The notes under the pieces were generated by a model, which ran no database searches, had not been told where the DNA came from, and worked only from the letters and a program-made list of their open reading frames with translations. This document shows positions 32,201-40,794 of a stretch of 64,000 nt of DNA, piece by piece. The DNA is taken from assembly GCA_963707025.1 (NCBI GenBank), contig CAVPOM010000004.1, positions 384,001-448,000 of the forward strand, read 5' to 3'. This stretch comes from an uncultured Verrucomicrobiae bacterium (lineage in GTDB: Bacteria; Verrucomicrobiota; Verrucomicrobiia; Limisphaerales; Palsa-1400). The position numbers were made by a program, and so were the translations under genes. Every line of letters starts with the position of its first letter. Within the stretch, counting starts at the first letter, position 1.

Positions 32201-32490
32201 TCAAGCCCGAACCGGTCGGCGACCTCACCTGGGTCAAAGCCGGTTATGACTCCGTTCACGGCCGCATCAGCAGCGAATGGCACAAATCCGCCGGGCAATT
32301 TGATTTGCAAATCACCATTCCCGCGAACACCATGGCCAGGGTGTACCTGCCGGCGAAAAATATTCAATCCATCACCGAAAATGGACGGGATCCAACAAAG
32401 AGCGCGGGCGTCAAATCAGCTAGAATGGAAGCCGGCCGCGCGGTGTTGGAGATCGGCTCCGGCGGTTATCATTTTGTGTCGAACTGGTAA
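29248..32490 (+). CDS. Alpha-L-rhamnosidase, GH78, secreted
   Basis: NLQCEY..NPLGID, ARYLRREF, DLGQNMAG, PTD.PRDERQGWMGD, ATTMWELW. Confidence 0.9.
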   Translation: MSRAKNNLLKTILIAAFLMIAGSWPLAGSVVPVNLQCEYHSNPLGIDEAQPRLTWQVQSNERNQEQTAYQILVAGSKELLQNNHGDLWDSGRISSDETLNIAYGGKPLASGGRCFWKVRIWDKNGRASAWSVPALWSTGLLEGKDWQGKWIGLDQGETTNPLDGAKWIWFPEGDPAVSAPVSTRYFRRVFELPANQAVRSATITMTADNEFQFFVNGREAGKSDNWKAPGKIAIDALLRPGKNLLAVAARNVGDGPNPAGLIGRLNVIFEQGHALTLDTDGSWKSATNADNGWNALTFDDTAWAGAKPLGEYGMQPWGIIGNEDRRLPARYLRREFIVEKKVRRATAYVCGLGLFELYLNGQKMSEDVLSPALSEYEKRAFYLTFDATGQLKQGANAIGVILGNGRFFAPRSSVPIGTLSFGFPKLLLQFNIEYTDGTTAQIVSDENWKLTAGGPIRANNEYDGEEYDARMEMPGWCQPKFDDSNWQPAQLVKPASPLLSAQIGEPIRVMDTLHPVAITNPKPGVYIFDLGQNMAGWCRLKVSGPRDTVVKLRHGETLQPDGTLYTDNLRSAKQEDLYTLKGKGVETYEPRFTHHGFRYVEVTGFPGQPTLNAVAGRLVYDAVPAAGQFSCSNPLLNQIYHNIYWGTRDNYRSMPTDLPRDERQGWMGDRQEVSKGETYLFQVAPLYAQWLTDMQDDQHGNGSVPDVSPAYWPLYQDGVVWASTYIIIPHMLYDQYDDLGILQQHYDSMKKWTDYMTAFLKNDIMPRNTYADWCVPPKSLTEINSSDPTLTTSGILISTAVFYHDLRLMAQSARLLGKTEDAEHFETLAGRIKIAFHHRFYDAELGYYGNGTQTSCVLPLAFGLVPDECKSNVFSQLVEKITVESGHHLATGLVGGHYLMRVLSDQGRPDLAFTIATQTTYPSWGYMIAKGATTMWELWNGDTAGSGMNSRNIVMLTGDLNIWLHEYLGGIRPDPEAPGFKKIIIKPEPVGDLTWVKAGYDSVHGRISSEWHKSAGQFDLQITIPANTMARVYLPAKNIQSITENGRDPTKSAGVKSARMEAGRAVLEIGSGGYHFVSNW

Positions 32491-32694
32491 TCGCGAAAAA
32501 AAGGAATCATCCCGGATTGCAAGACGACCCAGCCGCCGCCTCCCAAACCATGGGCGTTATGAATGCTACCCATCCACTCACGCAGGAATTCGCCCGCGAA
32601 ATTGGCGCCGACGATTACGCGGCGGATGCGGGCAGGGCGGGGGATACCGCGTTGGAATTATTGCAAGGCAAAGCCGGGGAAGGAAATTGACACC

Positions 32695-33832
32695 ATGACT
32701 CCGCGCGAACGCATTCTAGCCATCCTCCACCGCCGACCGGTGGACCGCCTGCCGGTGGACCTCTGGCACACGCCTGAAATCGGCGCGCTCTTGCGGCAGC
32801 ATTGCGGCGTCGCGGATGACCTGGCGATGTATCAGGCGCTGGGCCTGGACAAGATTGTCTGGGTGTTCCTGGATTACCAGACCGCCGCCGGGGAACGCGC
32901 CGGGGGGCAATCCGGCGCCGGCGCCGAGGACGGCGGCAGTCGCACCGTGTGGGGCGCGCCGCTCAGGGATATTCAGGCCGGCGCCGCGCGTTACGCCGAG
33001 TTTGGCGCCGCGCCGTTGGCGGGTTACGACACTCCCGAGTCATTGGCCGATTATCCCTGGTGGCCCAGCGTGGAGCGTTTCGATTACGACGGCGCGGTGG
33101 CAAAGGCGCGGCAGGCAGCGCAACATTTTGCCGTGATCGGGCCTTGGGTGTCGTTTTTTGAAATATACTGCCAGTTGCGCGGATTGGAACAGTCGCTGAT
33201 GGATCTGTTGGAAGCCCCGGAACTGGTGGAAGCGATTCTTGACCGCGTGGAGTCCATCCAGGCCGAAATGATGCGCCGTTTTTTAGCCCGTGCCTGGCAA
33301 GTCGCTCGATCTGGTTTTTATCAGTGACGACATTGCCGGACAGACCTCGCTCTTGATGTCGCCCGCCCTGTGGAAACGCCATTTGCGACCGCGGCTGCGG
33401 CGCTGGTGTGAGTTGATTCATGCCCATGGCTTGCGGGTTTTTTACCACACCGACGGCGCGGCGCGTCCTCTGCTGGGGCCGATTCTCGATTGCGGCGTGG
33501 ATGTGCTTAACCCGATTCAGCACGCCTGTCCGGGAATGGAAATGGAGGAACTCAAACGCGAGTTCGGCCAGCGGGTCGTTTTTCACGGCGGGGTGGACAA
33601 TCAGTTTGCCCTGCCGCGCGGCACTGCGGAGGACGTGTGCCGCGAGACTCGTCACTGCCTGGAAACCTTGGGCGCCGGTCGCGAGGGTTTCATTTGTTGT
33701 TCCTGCCACAACGTGCAGGCCGGCACCCCGCTGGGGAACATCCTCGCCATGATTAAAACTGTGCAAGACGCCTCCGTCCCCCAAAAGGCAAAGCCAAATG
33801 CTGGCGTCTTCCTCCGGACGAATACGCTTTGA
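32695..33832 (+). CDS. URO-D/MtaA-CmuA family corrinoid methyltransferase-like protein, +1 frameshift near 33295
   Basis: MTPRERILA...VDRLPVD, SDDIAGQ, YHTDG, DVLNPIQ, HGGVDNQ, HNVQAGTPLGNI. Confidence 0.8.
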
Positions 33833-34038
33833 AATGAATCGCGCGTCTGACTGCGGATCAGATCTCCATCAGGTGATTTTGCTCCAAGCCAATTATTCCA
33901 TGAAGCCGGCCCAGAGATCGAGCCGACCCGGATTAACCCTGGTGTTTTCCGTTGCTCTTTCATACAAATCGAGCTTGACTGGTGTTTATCTACAAGAGAG
34001 CCATGATGCAGACCAAAGCTTCTTCGCCGCCCAAGCTC

Positions 34039-35012
34039 ATGAGAGGGATGATTCCTATCCTGGCTTTTCTCCTTTGGCTTTGCCCCCGCGGTGCCTGGGC
34101 CGGTTCCAAATCCGCCGCTGATTCGGGGGGGCATTCAAAGTCAGTTTTTTGGAGTTGGAGTCGTCGCTGGAGGACACCTGCCGGATATTGACGAGGAGCG
34201 GCTTTCCCGATGCGACGGTCACGATCTTCAGGAAGCTCGTGAGGTTTCATAACCAGAACGGCAATCGGGTTGACCGGGCCAAGTTTCCACAGGCCCGCGG
34301 CGGCTATTATGAATTTCAAAATTTCGATGATTTTACCAACCGCTTGCAGTGCCCTTTGAGCAGGACGCCGGCAACCAATTCCATCCGGCAGAATACGTTA
34401 CAGTGTTTTGAAATGGTCTGCCTGCTGCTGCACGACGCGGGCTATGGAGTGCCGGCCCTGAAACAGGATTTCGAGTCAAAAGGCATCATGCTCCTGCGCA
34501 CGAACGGTTTGCTGGTTTCAGTTTCATATGAGGCGTGGTCTGGAGGTTTCCGATGGGTTCTGCCCTCTGAAAAGGATTATGAGTTTTTAGTTGGCCGGAC
34601 AATGAGCGAATCAGAGAGCCTCCTGAACCTGGGTTTTCGCGCCGCCCGGCGGACCGGCGATGCCGGACCGGATAACGGGGAAATATTCAGCAAATCATTT
34701 CCGGTTTTTGTCAGCGGGTTGCAACGGAGCGGCTTCGTCTTTCCGACGAAATTCAAGGTGGGCTTTGTGTTCGTCGCGCAGCCGTTTCATAATTATGTCT
34801 GGGCCGATCACGCATTCCTTTGTTTTTCCCAAGACGGAAAGTTGATTTGTCTCGAAAAGGCCGGCAGCCGCGGTCCCTATGTTCGGGCGGAATTCGGCTG
34901 CGCAGAAGATTTGGGGCACTTCGTATGTGAGGATTATTTAAGTGAACCCCGGAAATCCTCCTTGGCCGTCTCGCTTAATGACCGATTGATTGGCCTTTGG
35001 TCGCGCCAGTAG
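34039..35012 (+). CDS. Hypothetical secreted protein, frameshift probably at the G7 tract 34125-34131
   Basis: Signal-peptide frame joins the 287 aa ORF if one G is added. Confidence 0.5.
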
Positions 35013-35176
35013 AAGTCTCGCTGCGAGCCGCCAAGCCAAAACGAAGAAGCGGCATCCCGCCTGGGTCCTCACGATTTCAACTGATTGAGAGTGGCGGACT
35101 TTGCGGCAGGCCAACAGAGGCCGCTAAAACCACATTGCCCTTGCGATCGCGTTCGCGCAACATCCCCCCAACTTAT

Positions 35177-37288
35177 ATGCGCTCATACAATCCATTTCGT
35201 CCCGGCCTCTTCGTGACCCTGGTGTTCGCCGCCGGAGTTGCCCTCGCGCAAGAGGCCAATCCATTTGGCGCTCCCAGCATCTTGCCGCTCCAGGCCCCCA
35301 GGTTTGATCAGATCAAAGACACCGACTACATGCCCGCGTTCGATGAAGGGATGAAACAACAACTGGCCGAGATAGATCGCATCGCCAACGATCCGGCGGC
35401 GCCGACCTTCGAGAATACGATCGTTGCCATCGAAACCTCCGGCCGCATGCTGGATCGCGTCTCCGAGACTTTCTCCGCTATTTACCAGGCCAACACCAGC
35501 GACACGTTGGACCATACCCAGACGGTGGAAGCGCCCAAACTTGCCGCCCAGCAGGATGCCATCTTCCTGAACGCCAGGCTCTTTGCCCGCGTCAAGGCCG
35601 TGTATCAAAGCCGCGAAAAGAAAAAGCTCGATCCGGAATCACAGAAACTCCTCAACGTCTATTACCTGCAATTCCTCCACGCCGGCGCCAACCTCCCCGG
35701 CGCGGACCAGGCCAAACTCCGCGAAATCAATCAACAAGCCGCCACGCTGGAAACCGCCTTCGAACAAAAATTGCTGGCCGCGGCAAAAGCGGGCGCGCTG
35801 ATTGTTGACACCAAATCCGCGCTCGCCGGCCTGACCGACGAGGAAATCGCCGCGGCCGCGCACACCGCCGAAACCCGCGGCCTGACCAACCAGTATTTGA
35901 TTCCGCTCCAAAATACCACCCAGCAGCCTTCCCTCACCGGGCTTTCCGACCGCGCCACCCGCGAGCTGCTCTTCCACCACTCATGGACCCGTGCCGAAAA
36001 GGGCGATACCAACGACACTCGCGAAACCATTCTCCAACTCGCCCGCTTGCGCGCCCAGAAAGCCCATCTGCTCGGCTATGGCAATTACGCTGAATATGTC
36101 CTCTACGACCAAATGGTAAAATCGCCCAAAGCGGTGGACAAATTCATCGGGCAACTCGTCCGTCCCACCGCCCTCAAGGCCGCCGACGAAGCCCGCCAAA
36201 TTCGGGCCATGATTGACAAGTCCGGCGCCCACTTTGACCTCAAGCCCTGGGATTGGAAACGCTATTCGGAAGCGGTCCGCAAAGAGAAGTATGACCTCGA
36301 CCAGGACGAACTGAAGCCTTACTTCGTCCTGGACAAAGTGCTGCAGGATGGCGTGTTCTACGCCGCCAATCAGCTTTACGGCATCACCTTGAAGGAACGC
36401 CACGACCTGCCCGTTTATCAGCCGGATGTCCGCGTTTTCGACGTCTTCGACCAGGACGGCGCGCAACTGGGTCTCATCTATTTCGATTACTTCAAGCGGG
36501 ACAACAAATCCGGCGGCGCGTGGATGAACAATCTCGTCCAGCAATCCCATTTGCTGGGAACCAAACCGGTGGTCTGCAACGTCGCCAATTTCCCCCAGCC
36601 TGCCCCCGGCCAGCCGGCCTTGCTGACTTTTGATGACGTCACCACCATGTTTCACGAGTTCGGCCATGCGCTCCACGGCCTTTTTGCCAGCGGGCAATAT
36701 CCCAGCCTCTCCGGCGCAAATACCGCCCGGGACTGGGTCGAGTTTCCATCCCAATTCAACGAGCATTGGGCGCTCTATCCCGCCGTCCTCAAACATTATG
36801 CCGTCAACTATAAGACCGGCGAGCCGATTTCCCAGGCCCTGGTGGACAAGATCAAGAAATCCCGGACCTGGGGACAAGGTTACGATCTGGGCGAACTTCT
36901 CGCGGCCTCCGAACTGGACATGCAATGGCATGAGATCGGCGCTGCCACGGCGGTGGGCGACGTTGATGCTTTTGAGCAGCAAGCCCTGGCACGCACCCAT
37001 ACCGACTTCCCCGACATCCCCTCCCGCTACCGCTCCAGTTATTTCCTGCACATTTGGGCCAATGGATATGCCGCCGGATATTACGCCTACCAATGGACCG
37101 TCATGCTCGATGACGATGCCTTTGCCTGGTTCACGGCGCATGGCGGCATGACCCGCGCCAACGGCCAGCGCTTCCGCGACCTGATCCTCTCGCGCGGCCA
37201 GACCCAGGACTACAGCGCCATGTTCCGCGCCTTCTATGGCAAGAATCCCGACATCGGTCCCATGCTGCAAGACCGCGGCCTCAAATGA
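35177..37288 (+). CDS. dcp: Peptidyl-dipeptidase Dcp, M3 metallopeptidase with signal peptide
   Basis: NTTQQP, RDNKSGGAWM, FHEFGHALHG, VEFPSQFNEHW, GYAAGYYAY. Confidence 0.92.
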   Translation: MRSYNPFRPGLFVTLVFAAGVALAQEANPFGAPSILPLQAPRFDQIKDTDYMPAFDEGMKQQLAEIDRIANDPAAPTFENTIVAIETSGRMLDRVSETFSAIYQANTSDTLDHTQTVEAPKLAAQQDAIFLNARLFARVKAVYQSREKKKLDPESQKLLNVYYLQFLHAGANLPGADQAKLREINQQAATLETAFEQKLLAAAKAGALIVDTKSALAGLTDEEIAAAAHTAETRGLTNQYLIPLQNTTQQPSLTGLSDRATRELLFHHSWTRAEKGDTNDTRETILQLARLRAQKAHLLGYGNYAEYVLYDQMVKSPKAVDKFIGQLVRPTALKAADEARQIRAMIDKSGAHFDLKPWDWKRYSEAVRKEKYDLDQDELKPYFVLDKVLQDGVFYAANQLYGITLKERHDLPVYQPDVRVFDVFDQDGAQLGLIYFDYFKRDNKSGGAWMNNLVQQSHLLGTKPVVCNVANFPQPAPGQPALLTFDDVTTMFHEFGHALHGLFASGQYPSLSGANTARDWVEFPSQFNEHWALYPAVLKHYAVNYKTGEPISQALVDKIKKSRTWGQGYDLGELLAASELDMQWHEIGAATAVGDVDAFEQQALARTHTDFPDIPSRYRSSYFLHIWANGYAAGYYAYQWTVMLDDDAFAWFTAHGGMTRANGQRFRDLILSRGQTQDYSAMFRAFYGKNPDIGPMLQDRGLK

Positions 37289-37463
37289 GCAATGGCTTGG
37301 CAGCCTTCCCCGTCGAGGTGGAGGGCCGGTTCTTTGCCGGCGCAAGCCGCGCCCCGCGAACGGATAACCCCGCACAAAGCGAACCTTCGAGCGGCGGCGG
37401 GCCTGGCTCTAACGTGCTCGCGGGCTTTCTGACCACAGGATGGCAGGATGCGGCGCGCCACAC

Positions 37464-37542
37464 CCGTTACACCGTTACACTCGTTGGCTTTGAGGGACTT
37501 ACGCAATTCATGCCCGTTACATGGCCGTTACACTCCGTTACA
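37464..37542 (+). repeat. Five copies of CCGTTACA
   Basis: Copies start at 37464, 37472, 37514, 37525 and 37535. Confidence 0.8.
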
Positions 37543-37574
37543 GTGGCTGCGCTTGGCCGCATCCAGGCAGAGGA

Positions 37575-37606
37575 GAACCGCTGATGAACACGGATGGACA
37601 CGGATT
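37575..37606 (+). repeat. Dispersed CACGGAT-type repeat, homolog at 44123-44156
   Basis: GAACCnCnGATGAACnCGGATGGACACGGATT present at both sites, each in a convergent intergenic region. Confidence 0.65.
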
Positions 37607-37726
37607 CCAAGGCGCAGAAAAGGAGATTTCCCGTGCTCCTTTCGCTCAGGATTTGGCAGCTCTGCCCAGCCCCAGGAAAAAGCCCGTCATCGCCTTGCCT
37701 TATCCGTGTCAATGCAGTAGGAATTG

Positions 37727-37877
37727 GGGAGCGCACGCGCCCCCGCGTGCAGCCAACCGGCGCCGTCGCCGGTTGGTCTTGCGTTTCCGGTTGGACGGAA
37801 GGGTGGGGAGAATTTGAGCGGTGGGCTGTCGTTGGCGAGGCGCCAACCACCGCACGCGAGGGCGCGTGCGCTCCCCG
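37727..37877. repeat. GGAG-type REP inverted pair
   Basis: GGGAGCGCACGCGCCCCCGCGTGC ... GCACGCGAGGGCGCGTGCGCTCCCC. Confidence 0.7.
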
Positions 37878-37956
37878 CGCAACTGCATCGTTCCGGCTTG
37901 GGTGGCCGCCAGGAATTGCCGGTGAATCTGAGCAACGAGGTTATTCGAGCCACCTT

Positions 37957-38910
37957 TTAACGGGGGGGGCCACCGGGCGGGCCGGATGAATTGGGCTTGA
38001 GCGACTGGCTCTGGTTGAACTGATCCATCACCTGGCGGATGGCGCGCGTATGTTCGGCGGTGCTGCCGCAGCAGGAACCGACAATCATCGCCCCCGCCGC
38101 CAGAACGCCGGGCAAGGCAATGACCATGTCGGCGGGAGATTGTTTGTAAACGGCTTTCCCGCGTTCCAGAACCGGCAGGCCGGCGTTGGGCTGCACCATC
38201 GCCGGCAGTTGGCAGTGCGCGCGATAAATCCCCGCCACCATGGCCGCGCCCGTCATGTCCATGCCTGTCCCGCAATTCAAGGCCGCAAAGTGCGCGCCTT
38301 TTTCCTCCGTGAATTCGGCGGCTCTTTCTGGCAACACTCCCATCATCGTCACGTAAAATGTCTTGTCCGCCGACAAATCATAAGCCAGCGAAGCAATGAT
38401 GCTGCGCGCTCCGGCAGCTTTGGCGGCGTCAATGGCCAGGCCCAGTTCCTCCAGCGAGGTCTGCGTTTCGATAATGATCGCATCCACGCCGCCCTCAACC
38501 AGCGCCGAAGCTTGTTCCTCCAGGGCAAGCTGTGCTTCCGCTTGTGAAAGCTCGCCGTACGGTTCCAAAATGGCGCCGACCGGCCCGATGTCGCCGAGCA
38601 CATATCCCGCGCGCCCGCCAAAGGCCTCCCGCGCGATGCGGGCAGCGGCTTGGTTGATGGCGCGCGCGTCCCTGGCCGCGCCATGCCGTTGCAGAGAAAT
38701 GCGGCTGCCGCCGAAAGTGTTGGTGATGAGGCAATCCGCCCCCGCCTCCGCATAGCGCCGCTGAATGGCCAGGACCCGTTCCGGCTGGGTGAGATTCCAA
38801 AGCTCGCCGCATTGGCCGCTCTCCAAGCCGGCCAGCATCAATTGCGTGCCCATCGCCCCATCGCAGACAAGCCGGCGCTCGCGCACCATTTCATGAAGCA
38901 GTTTTTGCAT
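37957..38910 (-). CDS. Homocysteine S-methyltransferase (stand-alone MetH Hcy-binding domain)
   Basis: DGAMGTQL, TNTFGG, GDIGP, IIIET, ALNC, QPNAGLP, VGSCCG zinc ligands. Confidence 0.92.
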   Translation of the reverse strand: MQKLLHEMVRERRLVCDGAMGTQLMLAGLESGQCGELWNLTQPERVLAIQRRYAEAGADCLITNTFGGSRISLQRHGAARDARAINQAAARIAREAFGGRAGYVLGDIGPVGAILEPYGELSQAEAQLALEEQASALVEGGVDAIIIETQTSLEELGLAIDAAKAAGARSIIASLAYDLSADKTFYVTMMGVLPERAAEFTEEKGAHFAALNCGTGMDMTGAAMVAGIYRAHCQLPAMVQPNAGLPVLERGKAVYKQSPADMVIALPGVLAAGAMIVGSCCGSTAEHTRAIRQVMDQFNQSQSLKPNSSGPPGGPPR

Positions 38911-39040
38911 GGTCAGCAACGCATTATTTCCCGCCAGTTGACCTCGCCGCAACAGGGAGGTCAGCCACAGAGTAGATAGGGTTTTGCCGCCCCCGGCACA
39001 AGCCCCAACTTCCCAAAATCCCCAAATCAGGCGGGCTGGC

Positions 39041-39245
39041 TGAGGGTACCTCGATTTGACGGACAGAGAATCGGGTGAACAATGAAAGGAAAAGCCCATG
39101 AAAGAAGCATCTGTCCCAGAGCGCCGGAAATTCGACCAAACATTCAAACGCGAAGCGGTTCTGAACTGGCTCCCTAGGGGCAAGTCCGCGACGGTGGTGG
39201 GGGAGGAGCTGGGCATCACCGCCAACCTGCTTTACGCTTGGAGAT
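39041..39245 (+). mobile_element. IS3-family left end and truncated OrfA
   Basis: TG-starting end TGAGGGTACCTCGATTTGACGGACA; RRKFDQTFKREAV...ELGITANLLYAWR HTH. Confidence 0.75.
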
Positions 39246-39458
39246 ATTCAGCCCGTTTATTTGCCGGAAATGGTTGTCAGTGTGGCAATTGTGGCTGATC
39301 CGAGAAATCATCCGATTTCCTTTGACTTGGCTCCCAAACTCTCGTAAATTCATTTGATGGAAGAGACGCGCAGTCGGTGGGCGCATTGATCTCGGCACCA
39401 TTGTTTATGCTGCGTCAGCATACGCCGATAATATGGTGTAATGGCGAGAGAAAAGAAT

Positions 39459-39689
39459 ATGAAAATCACTTTTGACAAAAGCGCGCGCGCTTTCGTCCTG
39501 GATGCTTTTGGCAAAACGGCCAAAGACGGGTTTGTTGTTGAAAAATCCAATACCGCACAAAAAGTTCTTACCCCAAGAGGCGAGGAGATCCCGGTGCAGG
39601 AATTTGCGGGTGTGCGGAAGGGTTCCGCCATATTCGTCAAATCTGACATTGTTTCATTGGTTGAAGCTGCTGAATCCATGAAGCCGTGA
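39459..39689 (+). CDS. Small hypothetical protein (low-GC cassette)
   Basis: 76 aa ORF with AG-rich upstream sequence, 10 bp before the next gene. Confidence 0.65.
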   Translation: MKITFDKSARAFVLDAFGKTAKDGFVVEKSNTAQKVLTPRGEEIPVQEFAGVRKGSAIFVKSDIVSLVEAAESMKP

Positions 39690-39699
39690 CCAGCCCCTG

Positions 39700-40518
39700 A
39701 TGAATATTTTGGAAAAGCTGAAGGCCGTTGGACTTTATTTTCCAAAACTCAAGAGTGTTTCCCTTTTCAAACTGTCCCTCAATATTGACAAGTCAATTCA
39801 TGTTGAGCGGTCAACAGTCACAATTAACCCTAAGAAGCTAAATGGTAAACAAAAGCGGGCGTTAATGGAAATCATTCGCGGCGAGGCTTTGGATTCTGCG
39901 GGTTTGATTTTGGATGAGGAAAAAGCGCCAACGGTTGAGCAGGTCATTCATGCTTTACAGGGCATCCATGAAGTAGAAGATAAATTTAAGCCTATCATTC
40001 CTTCTTCTGATATTCCCCTCCTAAAGGCCTGTGTCTATCTGCGCCTTAAATTTGAGCAAGGCGAATGTGTGGACGCACTGAAGGCGCAAATCATGCGTGT
40101 ATATGGGACGCGGGGCGGAAATTTTGCAAATTTGTGCTCTGCTGGATATTTGGAAACCTGGTTCCTGCCGCTTTACGATGAACTGCTGCGAGCCAATCCT
40201 GATAATCCCCTTTTGGCAAAGGCTAAATTTGTTTCGCTTTACAATAACATCTTGAGTGAATTGCCCTGGACCGAATTTGTATCTGCCCGTGCGAGTGCAG
40301 CCAAGATTACCGCCCACATCGTTGAAAAAATGAATCGCAATATTGCTAATGGCGTTCGCTTCTTAAACATTCACGGTCTTGGCGAGGGGAATGTGGAGAA
40401 AATACGTGGTCTGCTTTTTGATCTCCAAAGGCAGACTGGAGCTTTGGCTGTTCAGGTTGATAGGGACCGTTATCGGATTTTTGTTCGACTGGAAATTCCT
40501 CCTCAAATTACAAATTGA
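39700..40518 (+). CDS. Hypothetical protein (low-GC cassette), possible Smr-like C-terminus
   Basis: 272 aa ORF in AT-rich DNA; GVRFLNIHGLGEGNV resembles the Smr IHGxG strand-loop. Confidence 0.7.
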   Translation: MNILEKLKAVGLYFPKLKSVSLFKLSLNIDKSIHVERSTVTINPKKLNGKQKRALMEIIRGEALDSAGLILDEEKAPTVEQVIHALQGIHEVEDKFKPIIPSSDIPLLKACVYLRLKFEQGECVDALKAQIMRVYGTRGGNFANLCSAGYLETWFLPLYDELLRANPDNPLLAKAKFVSLYNNILSELPWTEFVSARASAAKITAHIVEKMNRNIANGVRFLNIHGLGEGNVEKIRGLLFDLQRQTGALAVQVDRDRYRIFVRLEIPPQITN

Positions 40519-40756
40519 CCTTTTATCTTAGGGCCAGCCGCCGTGGTTTCGGATATCCACTTGGCTACGACTGTATTTTGGAGTGGCCCAAGCCATTTCC
40601 CCACTAGATTTCCAATGGAAGATTTCATCAAGCATAGATTTTATGAATTGAGGCGGGAGGGCATAAAGCACCTTGCTTGCCAACTTTGTGAAAGACCTGA
40701 ATTTATCTCAAATTAGGCCACTACCCAAAGTTGCGTGCAGGAGCGGGTTGAGCCAT

Positions 40757-40777
40757 GATGTTCGAGGCCCGAACTAA
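40757..40777 (+). promoter_or_regulatory. Putative ROK-repressor operator
   Basis: GATGTTCGAGGCCCGAACTAA overlaps the -10 of a TTGCGT-17-CATGAT promoter; matches three other sites. Confidence 0.6.
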
Positions 40778-40794
40778 ATGACACCAGCAGTTGC

